From contig JBCDFD010000001.1 in NCBI GenBank assembly GCA_039178645.1, positions 1 to 56,327 on the forward strand: a DNA stretch of 56,327 nucleotides. Reading direction: 5' to 3'. Both the position numbers and the translations under genes were made by a program. Below are positions 29,310 to 38,905 of the stretch, in pieces. Within the stretch, counting starts at the first letter, position 1, and each line of letters starts with the position of its first letter. The notes beneath the pieces were generated by a model that saw only the letters and a list, made by a program, of their open reading frames with translations, was not told the DNA's origin and searched no databases. The stretch is from Pseudomonadota bacterium. GTDB lineage: Bacteria; Pseudomonadota; Alphaproteobacteria; Rhodobacterales; Rhodobacteraceae.

Positions 29310-29957
29310 CTAGCGACGCAGCACGCGGGTTACGCCCAAAGCGCCCAAACCAGTCAGGAACATCGCCAGTGGCGCGGGGACAGGAACCGGTGCAGGGGAT
29401 GCAATTCGCACGTTGTCCAAAATGACACCGTTTGCGCCCGGGCTCAGGTTGGCGAAGGTCAAGGCTTGGGACGTGTTTTCAGCCGTGAATGTGAAGGTCG
29501 TTGTGAACCATGCGTCAGCGTCCAGGGACGCGCCCCGAGGATAGGCCTGGAAATCGATTGTTCTGCTGTCAGACCCGCTGGAAATCGAAAACGACCGATC
29601 AGCCAACTCACCCGGTTGGCTGCGCCCACTGAGGTAGTCAAATCGAATGGTCACTTCTTCACCAATTTTTAGGTTTTGGATGACCTGAGTGATCGAACCA
29701 GGGGACGCGTGGTTGAGATCGATGGTTTTGTTTCCATCGGTTCCCTCTAACCCGGCATTTTCGTTGTCAAAGTAGTTGATACCGCCCCCGCCGACGGTCC
29801 AGCCGGTGATGCCAGTGAATCCAGCCCCGTATGTGCCGAACCGGCCCGGGACAACGGGTCCGTCTTCGAAACTGCCGTTGATCAGCGTAGCTGCCGGTGC
29901 CGACGACAGGCCAAGTGCGAACAGAGCGATGGTGAGCAGTGGGGTGCGAATGGTCAT
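29310..29957 (-). CDS. VPLPA-CTERM (PEP-CTERM-like) sorted surface protein, DUF642/choice-of-anchor C-like
   Basis: Signal peptide; LINGSFE, GWTV, IDLN and LDNV motifs; C-terminal PVPVPAP-TM-RR. Confidence 0.8.
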   Translation of the reverse strand: MTIRTPLLTIALFALGLSSAPAATLINGSFEDGPVVPGRFGTYGAGFTGITGWTVGGGGINYFDNENAGLEGTDGNKTIDLNHASPGSITQVIQNLKIGEEVTIRFDYLSGRSQPGELADRSFSISSGSDSRTIDFQAYPRGASLDADAWFTTTFTFTAENTSQALTFANLSPGANGVILDNVRIASPAPVPVPAPLAMFLTGLGALGVTRVLRR

Positions 29958-30304
29958 TGTGTGTCTCCGATTGATGTGAATGGTCTGAGAAAGTGTGGTG
30001 ACAGAATAAGTTAACAACCGCGCAACACCTATGGTTAACGCGCGGTGTGAGGCGAGGGTCGTGCAAGGTTTGGTGAATTTGGTGACTTCGACGGCAGACG
30101 GGCCGACGGCGATGCAGCATGCTTCGCTATCGAAGCATCACCCTAGCTCAGAAACTCACGTCTTGTGCGTTTGAAACCCTTTGGCCCGTGAAACCCAAAG
30201 CGTCGGACCGTTCCCATAAGCCGCAAACGATCTTCAACGTGCCCCGCAACGCGAAGCGTGTCAGGGTACACAGACATGCTGCGGAAAATGCACTCAGAAA
30301 GGTA

Positions 30305-31525
30305 TCATTCTGCGGCAGTTTGGAACCGGCTGGGCCCGTCCTCTACAGAGGTGTAGCCATCGCGGGTCTGGGGCAATTTCATACCGAGCACAGCGCTGGC
30401 CACTTGGTTGCGCAGCATCTGCGCGGTGCCGCCGCCGATGGTGAACATGCGCGCGTCGCGGACCATACGTTCCAGCGGGTTGTGGCGCGCATACCCTGCC
30501 GCCCCATGCATTTGGAGCGCGTCGCCCGTGACCTTCACCGCCATTTCGGACGCGAAAATCTTCGCCTGCGCCGCCGCGTCCTGAGCGGGAAACCCGTTCA
30601 CGTCGGATTGAGCCGCCTGATGGATCAGAGCCCGCGACGCCGTGAGGCTCACTGACATATCCGCCAGCATCCATTGCAGTCCCTGAAATTCGGCCAACGG
30701 ACGCCCAAACTGGCACCGTGATTTCAGGTAATCCCGTGCCAGCTCAAACGCGCCTTGGGCGATCCCATGGGCCACGGTCGCCGCGCCCACGCGCTGGCTG
30801 TTGTAGGCGGTCATCAGCTTGCCAAACCCGCGCCCCGGTCCACCCGGCAAGGGCAGCGCCCAAGCGTCGGCGATGAACATATCGTCGAAATGCAGATAAG
30901 TTTCGGGAATGCCGCGCAGGCCCATGGTTTGGATACGCTCACCCACGCGCAGACCGTCATTTTCTTCGCGGAAGGCCAGAAAACCGCCGATGCCCATGTC
31001 TTCGCCACTGTCGATGATGCGGGCAAAGATCAGGTGCGTGCGTGACACGCCGCCCCCAGTGATCCAGTATTTGGTGCCGTTCAGCACGTAGCCGCCCGCA
31101 ACCTTGGTGGCAGTGGTGGTCATTTCGGTGGCGGCAGACCCCGCCTCTGGCTCAGTGATGCAGATTGCGGGTTTGTCACCACCAAGGACGAGGGCCGCCA
31201 CTTTTTGTTTCTGCTCTTCGGTCCCGTAGGCCATGACCGCGCCGAGTGCGCCCATGTTGGCCTCCACCACGATCCGCCCGGTGACGCCGCAGGCTTTGGC
31301 CATTTCTTCTATGACAAGTGTGGCGTCCAAATAGGTCAGGCCGGGGCCACCGTAGGCTTCGGGGATGGTCATTCCCATGAAACCTGCACTCGCCAGCGCA
31401 TTGATTGTCGGCCAGGGATAGGCTTCGGTCAGGTCCACTTCCGCAGCCCGATCCCGGACGAAACCATCCGCAAACTCCAACGCACGGCACTTCAACTGCT
31501 CTTGGGTTGGTGTCAGAGTGGTCAT
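30305..31525 (-). CDS. acdA: Acyl-CoA dehydrogenase-fold 3-sulfinopropanoyl-CoA desulfinase-like
   Basis: YPW, GDKPAICITEP, YWITGGGVS, GIPET, AYNSQRVG and LPQTRDGY closely resemble Advenella AcdDPN7 as recalled. Confidence 0.8.
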   Translation of the reverse strand: MTTLTPTQEQLKCRALEFADGFVRDRAAEVDLTEAYPWPTINALASAGFMGMTIPEAYGGPGLTYLDATLVIEEMAKACGVTGRIVVEANMGALGAVMAYGTEEQKQKVAALVLGGDKPAICITEPEAGSAATEMTTTATKVAGGYVLNGTKYWITGGGVSRTHLIFARIIDSGEDMGIGGFLAFREENDGLRVGERIQTMGLRGIPETYLHFDDMFIADAWALPLPGGPGRGFGKLMTAYNSQRVGAATVAHGIAQGAFELARDYLKSRCQFGRPLAEFQGLQWMLADMSVSLTASRALIHQAAQSDVNGFPAQDAAAQAKIFASEMAVKVTGDALQMHGAAGYARHNPLERMVRDARMFTIGGGTAQMLRNQVASAVLGMKLPQTRDGYTSVEDGPSRFQTAAE

Positions 31526-31603
31526 GGCAGGTCCTTTCATCACGGGTCCGTGATGCATAGCAAATGCATCTATATTGAAAAAATGCGAAAACCTGCGATC
31601 TTG

Positions 31604-31620
31604 TGTAAGTAAAACTTACA
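31604..31620. promoter_or_regulatory. LysR-type recognition palindrome
   Basis: TGTAAGT-AAA-ACTTACA containing T-N11-A, between divergent acdA and LysR genes; second palindrome GATGCAT-N5-ATGCATC at 31552-31570. Confidence 0.65.
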
Positions 31621-31637
31621 TTAATCTATGTGGCCAG

Positions 31638-32507
31638 GTGAACCTTCGTTTTCTCAGATCAGTGGTGGCGGTGGCCGAAACCGGGAGCCTTGTTCAAGCG
31701 GCGGAGCGGCTGGGGGTCAGCCATTCAGCCCTGAGTCAGCAGATCAAAGCGCTCGAAGAAGAGTTGCAGATCGACATTTTGGACCGCACCACGCGCCCGC
31801 CCCAAATAACCGACCGTGGTTTGGAACTGGTGGGTCACGCTCGCCGGATGCTCGATTTGGCCGAGGAAGTCCGGGGGATCGGATCAGCGGACACTCTGAC
31901 CGGCGTTGTGCGCATTGGCGTTGTGCCGTCGGCGCTTGTGCATCTGATGCCCCCTGTCCTCGCGCGGTTGCGGGCGGGCCATGCCGGGTTGGACATTCAA
32001 TTGCGCTCGGGCCTCTCGGACAGTTTGGTGGCGGACGTGCGCGCGCGGGACCTGGACATGGCGCTGGTGACCCAGCCCGAGGTCCTGCCCAGCGGTCTGA
32101 TCCAAACCCCCATCGCTAGGGAGCCGCTGGATGTGGTCACGGCAGAGGGCACCACTGGAACCGACCCGGCGCACCTGATCACGGGCGCGCCGTTTATCTG
32201 GTTCAATCGGCGCACTTGGGCGGGTCAGCAGATAGAGCGGCATTTGCGCAACCTTCGGATAGCGGTGAGCCCGGCCATGGAGGTCGACAGTCTGGAGGCC
32301 GTGGAGGCGCTGGTGGCCCATGGCTTGGGTGTCTCTGTGTCTCCGCGCCGTTTGGGGGCCCCGCCTGTGCCAGGGTTGCGCCGCGTGCCCTTGGGTGCGC
32401 CGCACCTGGAACGGGTGCTGAGCCTGGTCCGGCTGGAACGGTGCTCGCGGGCGCGGGTGGTCTCGGCCCTGGAAGCGGAGTTCGCGAAACTTGGTGGCAC
32501 CACCTGA
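31638..32507 (+). CDS. LysR-family transcriptional regulator
   Basis: HTH GSLVQAAERLGVSHSALSQQIKALE plus substrate-binding domain; GTG start. Confidence 0.92.
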   Translation: MNLRFLRSVVAVAETGSLVQAAERLGVSHSALSQQIKALEEELQIDILDRTTRPPQITDRGLELVGHARRMLDLAEEVRGIGSADTLTGVVRIGVVPSALVHLMPPVLARLRAGHAGLDIQLRSGLSDSLVADVRARDLDMALVTQPEVLPSGLIQTPIAREPLDVVTAEGTTGTDPAHLITGAPFIWFNRRTWAGQQIERHLRNLRIAVSPAMEVDSLEAVEALVAHGLGVSVSPRRLGAPPVPGLRRVPLGAPHLERVLSLVRLERCSRARVVSALEAEFAKLGGTT

Positions 32508-32615
32508 ACAAACCTGCCGTCAAAGGGCGACCCGTTGCACCAACCCCACAAAATTCGTTGACTTTTCAAATCATCAATTCGACGGTTGAGCCTTCTAGCA
32601 ATCAACAGGTGTGCC

Positions 32616-33710
32616 ATGTCCGATGTGCTTGCGACGCGTTTCACGGGTCTTGATTTCGTCAATCCTTTCGTGCTGGCCTCCGCGCCACCCACTGAAAGCA
32701 AGCGCAAGATCCTGAAGGCTTTCGAGTCCGGCTGGGGTGGCGTCGTGACCAAGACCATCGGTCTGCACCCGGTGGAAAACGTGGCCGGGCCACGGTGGAT
32801 TTTCCAACGGTCCACCGAAGCGAAACCCTATGTCTCGCGGTCCAAACGGCCCGACAGCGTGTCCCATTCGTCGTGGAATTGGGAATTGATTTCCGACCAG
32901 CCGCTGGACCAGTGGATCCCCGATCTGGTGGAGATCAAGCAGACCTACCCGGACCGGATGCTGATCGCGTCGATCATGGCAGGCGCGGGCAACGAAGAGG
33001 AAATGGACAACTGGCGCAAACTGGCCACCGCTTGCGTGGACGCCGGATGTGATGCGTTGGAGCTAAATCTGTCCTGCCCGCACATGGACCGCAAGGACAT
33101 GGGGTCTCACATCGCCAATGACGAAGAGATCATTACCTCGATCATGGCGGCTGTGACCAGCGCGGTGAGCGTGCCCATTTGGGTCAAGCTCACGCCGTCC
33201 AGTTCCGCCTTGGTGGTGGGCGCGGCCGCAGCTTACGACGCCGGTGCCGCGGCCATATCGCTGTGCAACACGTTCCCGTCGCTGCCGCTGATGGACCCCG
33301 AAACCATGAAGTTTGAGTTGGAGGTGGACGGACTCGTCACCTCGGGAGGCTTGGGTGGCTTTGCAATCCTGAACCAAGCGCTTCAACGGGTGTCAGACCT
33401 GTCGCGGGCGTTTCCAGACAAAGAAATCTCAGGGATCGGTGGGATCAGAGGGTTCCACGAAGCGTTCAACTTCATCGTCCACGGCGCGGGAAACTTGCAG
33501 GTCTGTACCGCGGCGATGGAGGAAAAGGGCAGCGGCGGCGTGGGGATCAAGCTCATCCAAGAGCTGAACCAGGACATGACCGACTACCTCAAGCGCAAGG
33601 GGTTCTCTTCCATCGAGGAATTCCGCGGCATCGCCCGCGAGCGCGTGGTGGAACATTCCCAAGTGCGGCGGAAAAGCGACGAATACAACGGCGGCTACAA
33701 GGTGGCCTAG
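32616..33710 (+). CDS. preA: Dihydropyrimidine dehydrogenase PreA-like FMN subunit without C-terminal Fe-S domain
   Basis: NPFVLASAPPT, GWGGVVTKT, N.ELIS, ELNLSCPH, WVKLTP, NT, SGIGGI and QVCTA motifs. Confidence 0.78.
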   Translation: MSDVLATRFTGLDFVNPFVLASAPPTESKRKILKAFESGWGGVVTKTIGLHPVENVAGPRWIFQRSTEAKPYVSRSKRPDSVSHSSWNWELISDQPLDQWIPDLVEIKQTYPDRMLIASIMAGAGNEEEMDNWRKLATACVDAGCDALELNLSCPHMDRKDMGSHIANDEEIITSIMAAVTSAVSVPIWVKLTPSSSALVVGAAAAYDAGAAAISLCNTFPSLPLMDPETMKFELEVDGLVTSGGLGGFAILNQALQRVSDLSRAFPDKEISGIGGIRGFHEAFNFIVHGAGNLQVCTAAMEEKGSGGVGIKLIQELNQDMTDYLKRKGFSSIEEFRGIARERVVEHSQVRRKSDEYNGGYKVA

Positions 33711-33838
33711 GGCGATCTGACGTAAAAAAGGTATCCAAGACAAGTGGTGGACCCCGCATAACCACATGGCTTCGAACAACTAGGCAAGTGGTTGGAAAGG
33801 TCTGGGGCAAGACGGTGCGCCTGCCGTTGATCGGCCAC

Positions 33839-33921
33839 CAGCAGACCTCGGTAGCGCATAGCGTGAACTGGTGCAGTGCGGACAAAGTGAAGTCTCGCTG
33901 CGGCTGCGCCAATGACAGCTT
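33839..33921. repeat. Imperfect palindromic element (left flank of AT-rich cassette)
   Basis: GACCTC..AGCG..TCGCTGCGGCTGCGCCAATGAC; shares layout with the element at 34536; abuts the ORF stop codon. Confidence 0.4.
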
Positions 33922-34422
33922 TCAGGCTTCGGTGTTCGAAGCGTCGGTCGGATTGCGAACAATCCACCAAACTAACAGTCCAACTATGGCTCCCATGCTA
34001 ACAAACATCAGAGTGGATTTGCCAAGCATCAGCCAGCCATAGGATGTAAGCATCCCATCTACTTCTCGGACATATTCACCGCCACCGAATTGAAAATAGA
34101 AATTTGGATCTAATGACTGCCGCCAACCGCGATGACGCCCCAACGCGATGCTGACTATTGCAATCACAAACGCGATGGCACCGCCCCAATAGATTGCGCC
34201 TAACCAACCCATTTCCTTTTTCATAGCGTATTTTAGAATTGGAGCACCGATTAGCCAGCAACAAAGAAAGGCAATTGGCAAGCCGAGAATTGCAGCCCAA
34301 ATGAGCACCCCGATGTTACTCTGCAGTGCTATAGGAATGGAAATACAAGCCCAACCCAAAAGCGCCGACAGATTTACGGCACGTACCAATTGCTTTCGAG
34401 AATATGCAAGTTTGGTAGACAC
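33922..34422 (-). CDS. Hypothetical membrane protein (AT-rich, likely foreign)
   Basis: 166-aa ORF with about 4 TM segments; visibly lower GC than its flanks. Confidence 0.65.
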   Translation of the reverse strand: MSTKLAYSRKQLVRAVNLSALLGWACISIPIALQSNIGVLIWAAILGLPIAFLCCWLIGAPILKYAMKKEMGWLGAIYWGGAIAFVIAIVSIALGRHRGWRQSLDPNFYFQFGGGEYVREVDGMLTSYGWLMLGKSTLMFVSMGAIVGLLVWWIVRNPTDASNTEA

Positions 34423-34535
34423 GCCATATCCTAACTTGAACCTTGGCCAACTGTAGGTCGCCGCTAACTGATCCGCAAAGCCTTCGCTGAACCAATTGGG
34501 GTATTGTAAGCTTTTGTTATGTCCATAGGAAACCC

Positions 34536-34608
34536 GACCTTAGTTTACAATGCAGCACCGGTAGGTATGGGCTCTTTAAACGCCTTCGCTGCGCACCGAA
34601 TGAAGGTC
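34536..34608. repeat. Imperfect palindromic element (right flank)
   Basis: GACCTT-N10-GCAGC ... GCTGC-N10-AAGGTC. Confidence 0.5.
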
Positions 34609-34771
34609 CGAACTGCGAGTAGTGATACGGGCGGTCACAATTTTCAACTGATAGCTTAGCAACACCACAATCCTGAAGGCGCGAGTTTTCACCACATTTA
34701 TTGGATACCCTAAAACAAAATAGAGGACAGATCGCTCTGTCCTCCTTTCATTTTCCAGGTGTTGGATAAGG

Positions 34772-36265
34772 TCACTCCACCACGGCCACACGCCCATCCA
34801 TAACCGGCACGGCGGTACCTGACTCAAAGGCGCGCATCACTTGGGCGGCCATCAGTTCGGCAGCATTCGCTTCGATTATGCTGGTTTTGTCGGCGAACAT
34901 GGAATAGCCATCGCCGCCTTTGCCCAGGAAGTCGCTGGTCGCCAGAGTGTAGGTCGCAGCGGCATCCAGTGGCGCGCCGTCCACCATGACCTCAACCACG
35001 CGCTCGCCCGCGGGCATGGAGGGGTTGAACGAATAGGTCATACCCGACACGTGGGCATAGCGTCCGCCGCCATCCTCGATTGCCGACACGCCGTTTTCCA
35101 AGGCCGCCAAAACGTCCGCACCGCTCAATTCGAGAAGCACGGTTTTGTTGCCGAATGGCAGTTCGGTGAGGATCGTCCGGCGGCTGAGCACGGTGCCCGG
35201 CTCATACTGCGTGTCGCCGCGGATACCGCCACCATTGGTCAAAGCCAGGTCAGCCCCGGTTTCCACCCGCATGGCGTCCGCGGTCAGATTGCCAAACGCG
35301 CTTTCAGTGGATCGCACGGTGGTGCGACGGGTGTCGAGCAAGACGGGCGTCGCCCCAATCTCGATATCAAGTTCCGCCGACAGGAACGACTCGTAGGTTG
35401 CCACCTCGGCGGCCACGGCGGGGTCGGGTTCGACGTTCAGCGTGTTGATCACCTGAAAAGAGGGTTCCCATTCCACCTGTGGGCCACGGCGGCCTTCGAC
35501 GGTGGAGATCTCCACGGTCATGATGGTGATGAGGTCGGCTTGGCTGCTGCTTTCAACCAGCGCCACGTTGCCGTCATATTCGATGACGAGGTCATGGTCG
35601 TCGCCCGACAGAATGATGTCCACGTCGCCTGCATCAAACAGCGCCGCATCTTCGGCGCGCTCGGTGTGACCCAGAGCAATTACCAAGTCGGCGCCCGCTT
35701 CACGCAGTTGGGCCGACATGGTTGCCGCCACTTCGACCGGGTCAGAGAAGGTCACATCGCCGGGTGACGATTTCACTGCCGTGCTGGCGGTGGTGAGGCC
35801 AAAGATGCCAACAGTGTGCTCGCCCACTTCCACCATCATGCTTTCGGTGACGCCATCCACCAGGGTGCCGTCGGGCTCAAGCGCATTGTTGGACAGCATG
35901 GGAAACTCAGCTTCGGTGATCCGTTCGCGCAGCACGTCTGGTCCGAAGTCAAACTCGTGGTTGCCCACCGCCATGGCGTCGAGACCCACCATGTTCAGCA
36001 GCGAAATCATATGCGCGCCAGCGTCGAAGTTCGACAGGAGCGAAGGCGAGATGCTGTCGCCACCGCTGGTGGCCAAGACAGTGCCGTCTTCGCCCACATC
36101 ATCGCGGACATCTTTGATCACAGCGGCCAAACGGGCGACACCGCCGCTGTCGCCATAGCCCTCCATCCGGTCGATGTCGTTGACATGGACGATGGTCAGC
36201 ATGTCCTGAGCATAGGCGGGCGCGCAGGCCAGAATTGTGGCCATGGCCGTAGCAGCAAAACGCAT
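34772..36265 (-). CDS. Periplasmic 5'-nucleotidase/metallophosphoesterase
   Basis: HVND, GGD, GNHEFD, LSGDDH, NGGGIR, LPFGN and GGDGY motifs; signal peptide. Confidence 0.92.
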   Translation of the reverse strand: MRFAATAMATILACAPAYAQDMLTIVHVNDIDRMEGYGDSGGVARLAAVIKDVRDDVGEDGTVLATSGGDSISPSLLSNFDAGAHMISLLNMVGLDAMAVGNHEFDFGPDVLRERITEAEFPMLSNNALEPDGTLVDGVTESMMVEVGEHTVGIFGLTTASTAVKSSPGDVTFSDPVEVAATMSAQLREAGADLVIALGHTERAEDAALFDAGDVDIILSGDDHDLVIEYDGNVALVESSSQADLITIMTVEISTVEGRRGPQVEWEPSFQVINTLNVEPDPAVAAEVATYESFLSAELDIEIGATPVLLDTRRTTVRSTESAFGNLTADAMRVETGADLALTNGGGIRGDTQYEPGTVLSRRTILTELPFGNKTVLLELSGADVLAALENGVSAIEDGGGRYAHVSGMTYSFNPSMPAGERVVEVMVDGAPLDAAATYTLATSDFLGKGGDGYSMFADKTSIIEANAAELMAAQVMRAFESGTAVPVMDGRVAVVE

Positions 36266-36429
36266 GGGTCTCTCCTGTTGGTCTTTTGTGGCAGGTTAGC
36301 GGAGGCGAAGTGTTTTGCAACGCCAAGCGTGAACATGGGTCCACGGCGCGCGTGATTTTTTGGGTGCGCGAGGGCCCAAGCAGGGGGAAGTGTTGAAAAC
36401 CGATGCGCTTTGGCTTGGCGTATTGGATT

Positions 36430-36453
36430 TTGAGTATTTTTAGAACAGTGAAG
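36430..36453 (+). repeat. Intergenic REP-like motif, copy 3
   Basis: TTGAGTATTTTTAGAACAGTGAAG. Confidence 0.65.
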
Positions 36454-36472
36454 ACGGGGGGGTGCTGATCGC

Positions 36473-36859
36473 TTAGGGGCGGAGTTGTGCCAAATCCTCC
36501 GGCCCCACCAGCAGGCGCATGCCCAAGACACCGGAGTTGTTCAGCACCGGATATTTGCGCAGGGAAATATTCACAGCTTGGATTTCCGGGTGGGCCGCGC
36601 ATGCGTGGACGATGCGGGTCATGAGGCGTTCCTGGGTTTCATAGTACCCATCGCGGGCCAGCCGGTCGATTTCAGCGATCAGCGGGTCATAGTCGAACAC
36701 ATGGTCCATGCCGTCGCTGTCGATCATCACCAGTGACGGGTCAAGTGTCAGGGTCAGATCGAGAACATGGGCGTCGGGGACCACATCGTCCGGCCCGTAG
36801 GTGCCCAGATCACAGGCAATTTTCAGATCGGTCAGTTCCACAGTGCTGGACAGGGCCAA
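36473..36859 (-). CDS. FolB-like (dihydroneopterin aldolase T-fold) protein
   Basis: DY.PL, YETQERL and L.K.P pattern; TTG start at 36859 after AGGAG. Confidence 0.7.
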   Translation of the reverse strand: MALSSTVELTDLKIACDLGTYGPDDVVPDAHVLDLTLTLDPSLVMIDSDGMDHVFDYDPLIAEIDRLARDGYYETQERLMTRIVHACAAHPEIQAVNISLRKYPVLNNSGVLGMRLLVGPEDLAQLRP

Positions 36860-36944
36860 GGTGCGCTCCTTCGGTTTGGCTGAGAGGTGCCAAATAGGGC
36901 GCGCAGGACTATGGGCGATAATCTGAGGGGATTGGGCCTGAGCC

Positions 36945-37826
36945 TCAACGTTGCGGGGCGTCGTAGTACGGCAGGGCTTCGGTTCGCACAGGATGGCCCT
37001 CTTGGTGGACCTTATAGACGTGGGCGGCGATGTCTTCGAGCGGGGCAAACCAAACGTCGCGGTCGGCCAAGGTTTGCTCCACCCACTTTTCTACCAATCG
37101 CCAGCGTGCCAAGCGCCCGGTGAGGAAAGGATGGAGGATCAGCATGAAGAATCCGCCGGCCTCGTATTGTGCTTCAAACTCTTCCCAAAACCCTTGTAGC
37201 CCAGCGGACGGCCCACGCACCGGCATGAGATAGCCGATCTCATCATAGTGCGCGAAGGGCGGCCAATCGTCGGTGCCCCAGTGGACCGGCATTTCGTAGA
37301 GCGCGCCTGTGGGTGTCTCCATCCGATAGGGAATATCGTCGGCCATGAGCGAACTGTCGTAGCGAAACTGATGTTTCACCAGAAGGTCTATGACTTGGTT
37401 GGTTATATTGTAGACCGGCGCGCGGTAGCCGCGGGGGCTTTGGCCGGTCATGCGTTTGTGGGTCTCCAGCGCCTTCTCAAACGCCTCTACTTGGGCGGGG
37501 CCTTGGGTGGCGATAGGGTCTTCGTGGATCCAGCCGTGGTGACCGATTTCGTGGCCGTCTTTCAGGATCGCCTCCACCGCGCCCGGATAGGTTTCCATGC
37601 ACCAGGCGGGGATGAAGAACGACTGTTTCAGGCCCAACCGCCGGTAGGTATCCAGGATGCGTGGGATCGCCACTGTGGGTCCATAGCGTCCCATGGAGAT
37701 GGGATAGAGCCGTTCGGTGGAGTCTTCGGGTCGGGATACGTGGATCAGGCTGTCGGCGTCCATGTCGAAAGTGATCGCGCAGGCACATTTGGCGCCGTTT
37801 GGCCACGGGATCGGGTTTTGGATCAT
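36945..37826 (-). CDS. Polysaccharide-deacetylase-fold hydrolase (PuuE/PgdA-like)
   Basis: WPNGAKCA..TFDMD, HEIGHHGWIHE, RGYRAP, YDSSLM.DD and LHP motifs. Confidence 0.88.
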   Translation of the reverse strand: MIQNPIPWPNGAKCACAITFDMDADSLIHVSRPEDSTERLYPISMGRYGPTVAIPRILDTYRRLGLKQSFFIPAWCMETYPGAVEAILKDGHEIGHHGWIHEDPIATQGPAQVEAFEKALETHKRMTGQSPRGYRAPVYNITNQVIDLLVKHQFRYDSSLMADDIPYRMETPTGALYEMPVHWGTDDWPPFAHYDEIGYLMPVRGPSAGLQGFWEEFEAQYEAGGFFMLILHPFLTGRLARWRLVEKWVEQTLADRDVWFAPLEDIAAHVYKVHQEGHPVRTEALPYYDAPQR

Positions 37827-38905
37827 GTGGCGCCCTCCACCAGCAAATGGCCATCGGCGGCGTTCCAGCTAAGCGTCACGGCCTTGCCCGCGGACAGGTC
37901 CAATTCGTTGAGCGCCCGTTCCTGCACTTGGACCTTTAACTCGGTGCCGTCGCTGGCCTCTAGGAAAGCCGTCACGATGGACCCCACGAATTCCTCGGAA
38001 ATGACGGTGGCGGTCAGTTGGTTTTCACCCGATGATGATTTGGAGCCCACATGGACCATGTCGGCGCTGACCACGATGGACACCTCGGTCCCCACTGCCG
38101 CCCCGCCGAGTACAGTGAAGGTGCCAAGGGCGGTTTCCACCGTGACCATGTTGCCGTCCGTGCCGGATACCTTGCCCGGTAGGATATTGTTGCGGCCCAC
38201 GAATTCCGCGACGAAGCGAGTGCGGGGCGCGCGGTAGACCTCCCTTGGCGTGCCCACCTGCGCGATCTCGCCCCTGGACATGATCACCACTCGGTCCGCC
38301 ATGGCGAAGGCTTCGGACTGGGAATGGGTGACGTAAACGAAGGTGATGCCCAATTCCCGTTGCAGCTTGGTGAGCACCGATTGCATGCGGATCACCAGAT
38401 GAGCGTCGAGCGCCGACAGTGGCTCATCCAGCAGGAGCAACTGGGGTTCTGTCACCAAGGCCCGCGCCAGCGCCACCCGTTGCCGTTGACCACCTGACAA
38501 GGTCTCCACATTGCGTTCGGCAAACTCACCGATTTCCATCCGGTCGAGCCACGCCAGCGCGCGCTCGCGACGCTCGGACGGGTCCACCCCGCGCATTTTC
38601 AGCCCAAACTCAACGTTCTCACGGGCGTTCAGGAATGGGAACAGAGCCAAGCTCTGCCACACCATCGGCGTGTCCCGTTCATGGGCGGGCACATCGTTCA
38701 TCCGCTGGCCGGAGATTGTGATTTCTCCACCGGTGGGCGCATCGAGCCCCGCTAGCATCCGCAAGGTGGTGGTTTTCCCGCAACCAGACGGCCCCATGAT
38801 CGCCACGAACTCGCCCGCGCCAATGTCCAGGTTAGCCTCGCGCACCGCCACGAAATCGTCGAACCGCTTTTCGACATTGGTCAGTTTCACCAGCGGGTCA
38901 GTCAT
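37823..38905 (-). CDS. ABC transporter ATP-binding protein (PotA-like)
   Basis: GPSGCGKTT, LSGGQRQRVA, LLLDEP and YVTH motifs; TOBE C-terminus. Confidence 0.93.
   Translation of the reverse strand: MTDPLVKLTNVEKRFDDFVAVREANLDIGAGEFVAIMGPSGCGKTTTLRMLAGLDAPTGGEITISGQRMNDVPAHERDTPMVWQSLALFPFLNARENVEFGLKMRGVDPSERRERALAWLDRMEIGEFAERNVETLSGGQRQRVALARALVTEPQLLLLDEPLSALDAHLVIRMQSVLTKLQRELGITFVYVTHSQSEAFAMADRVVIMSRGEIAQVGTPREVYRAPRTRFVAEFVGRNNILPGKVSGTDGNMVTVETALGTFTVLGGAAVGTEVSIVVSADMVHVGSKSSSGENQLTATVISEEFVGSIVTAFLEASDGTELKVQVQERALNELDLSAGKAVTLSWNAADGHLLVEGAT

Noticed and set aside
34576-34827. 83-aa ORF in the AT-rich region (also 56015-56209)
   Set aside because: Overlaps neighbouring features or a terminator; no motif or RBS support
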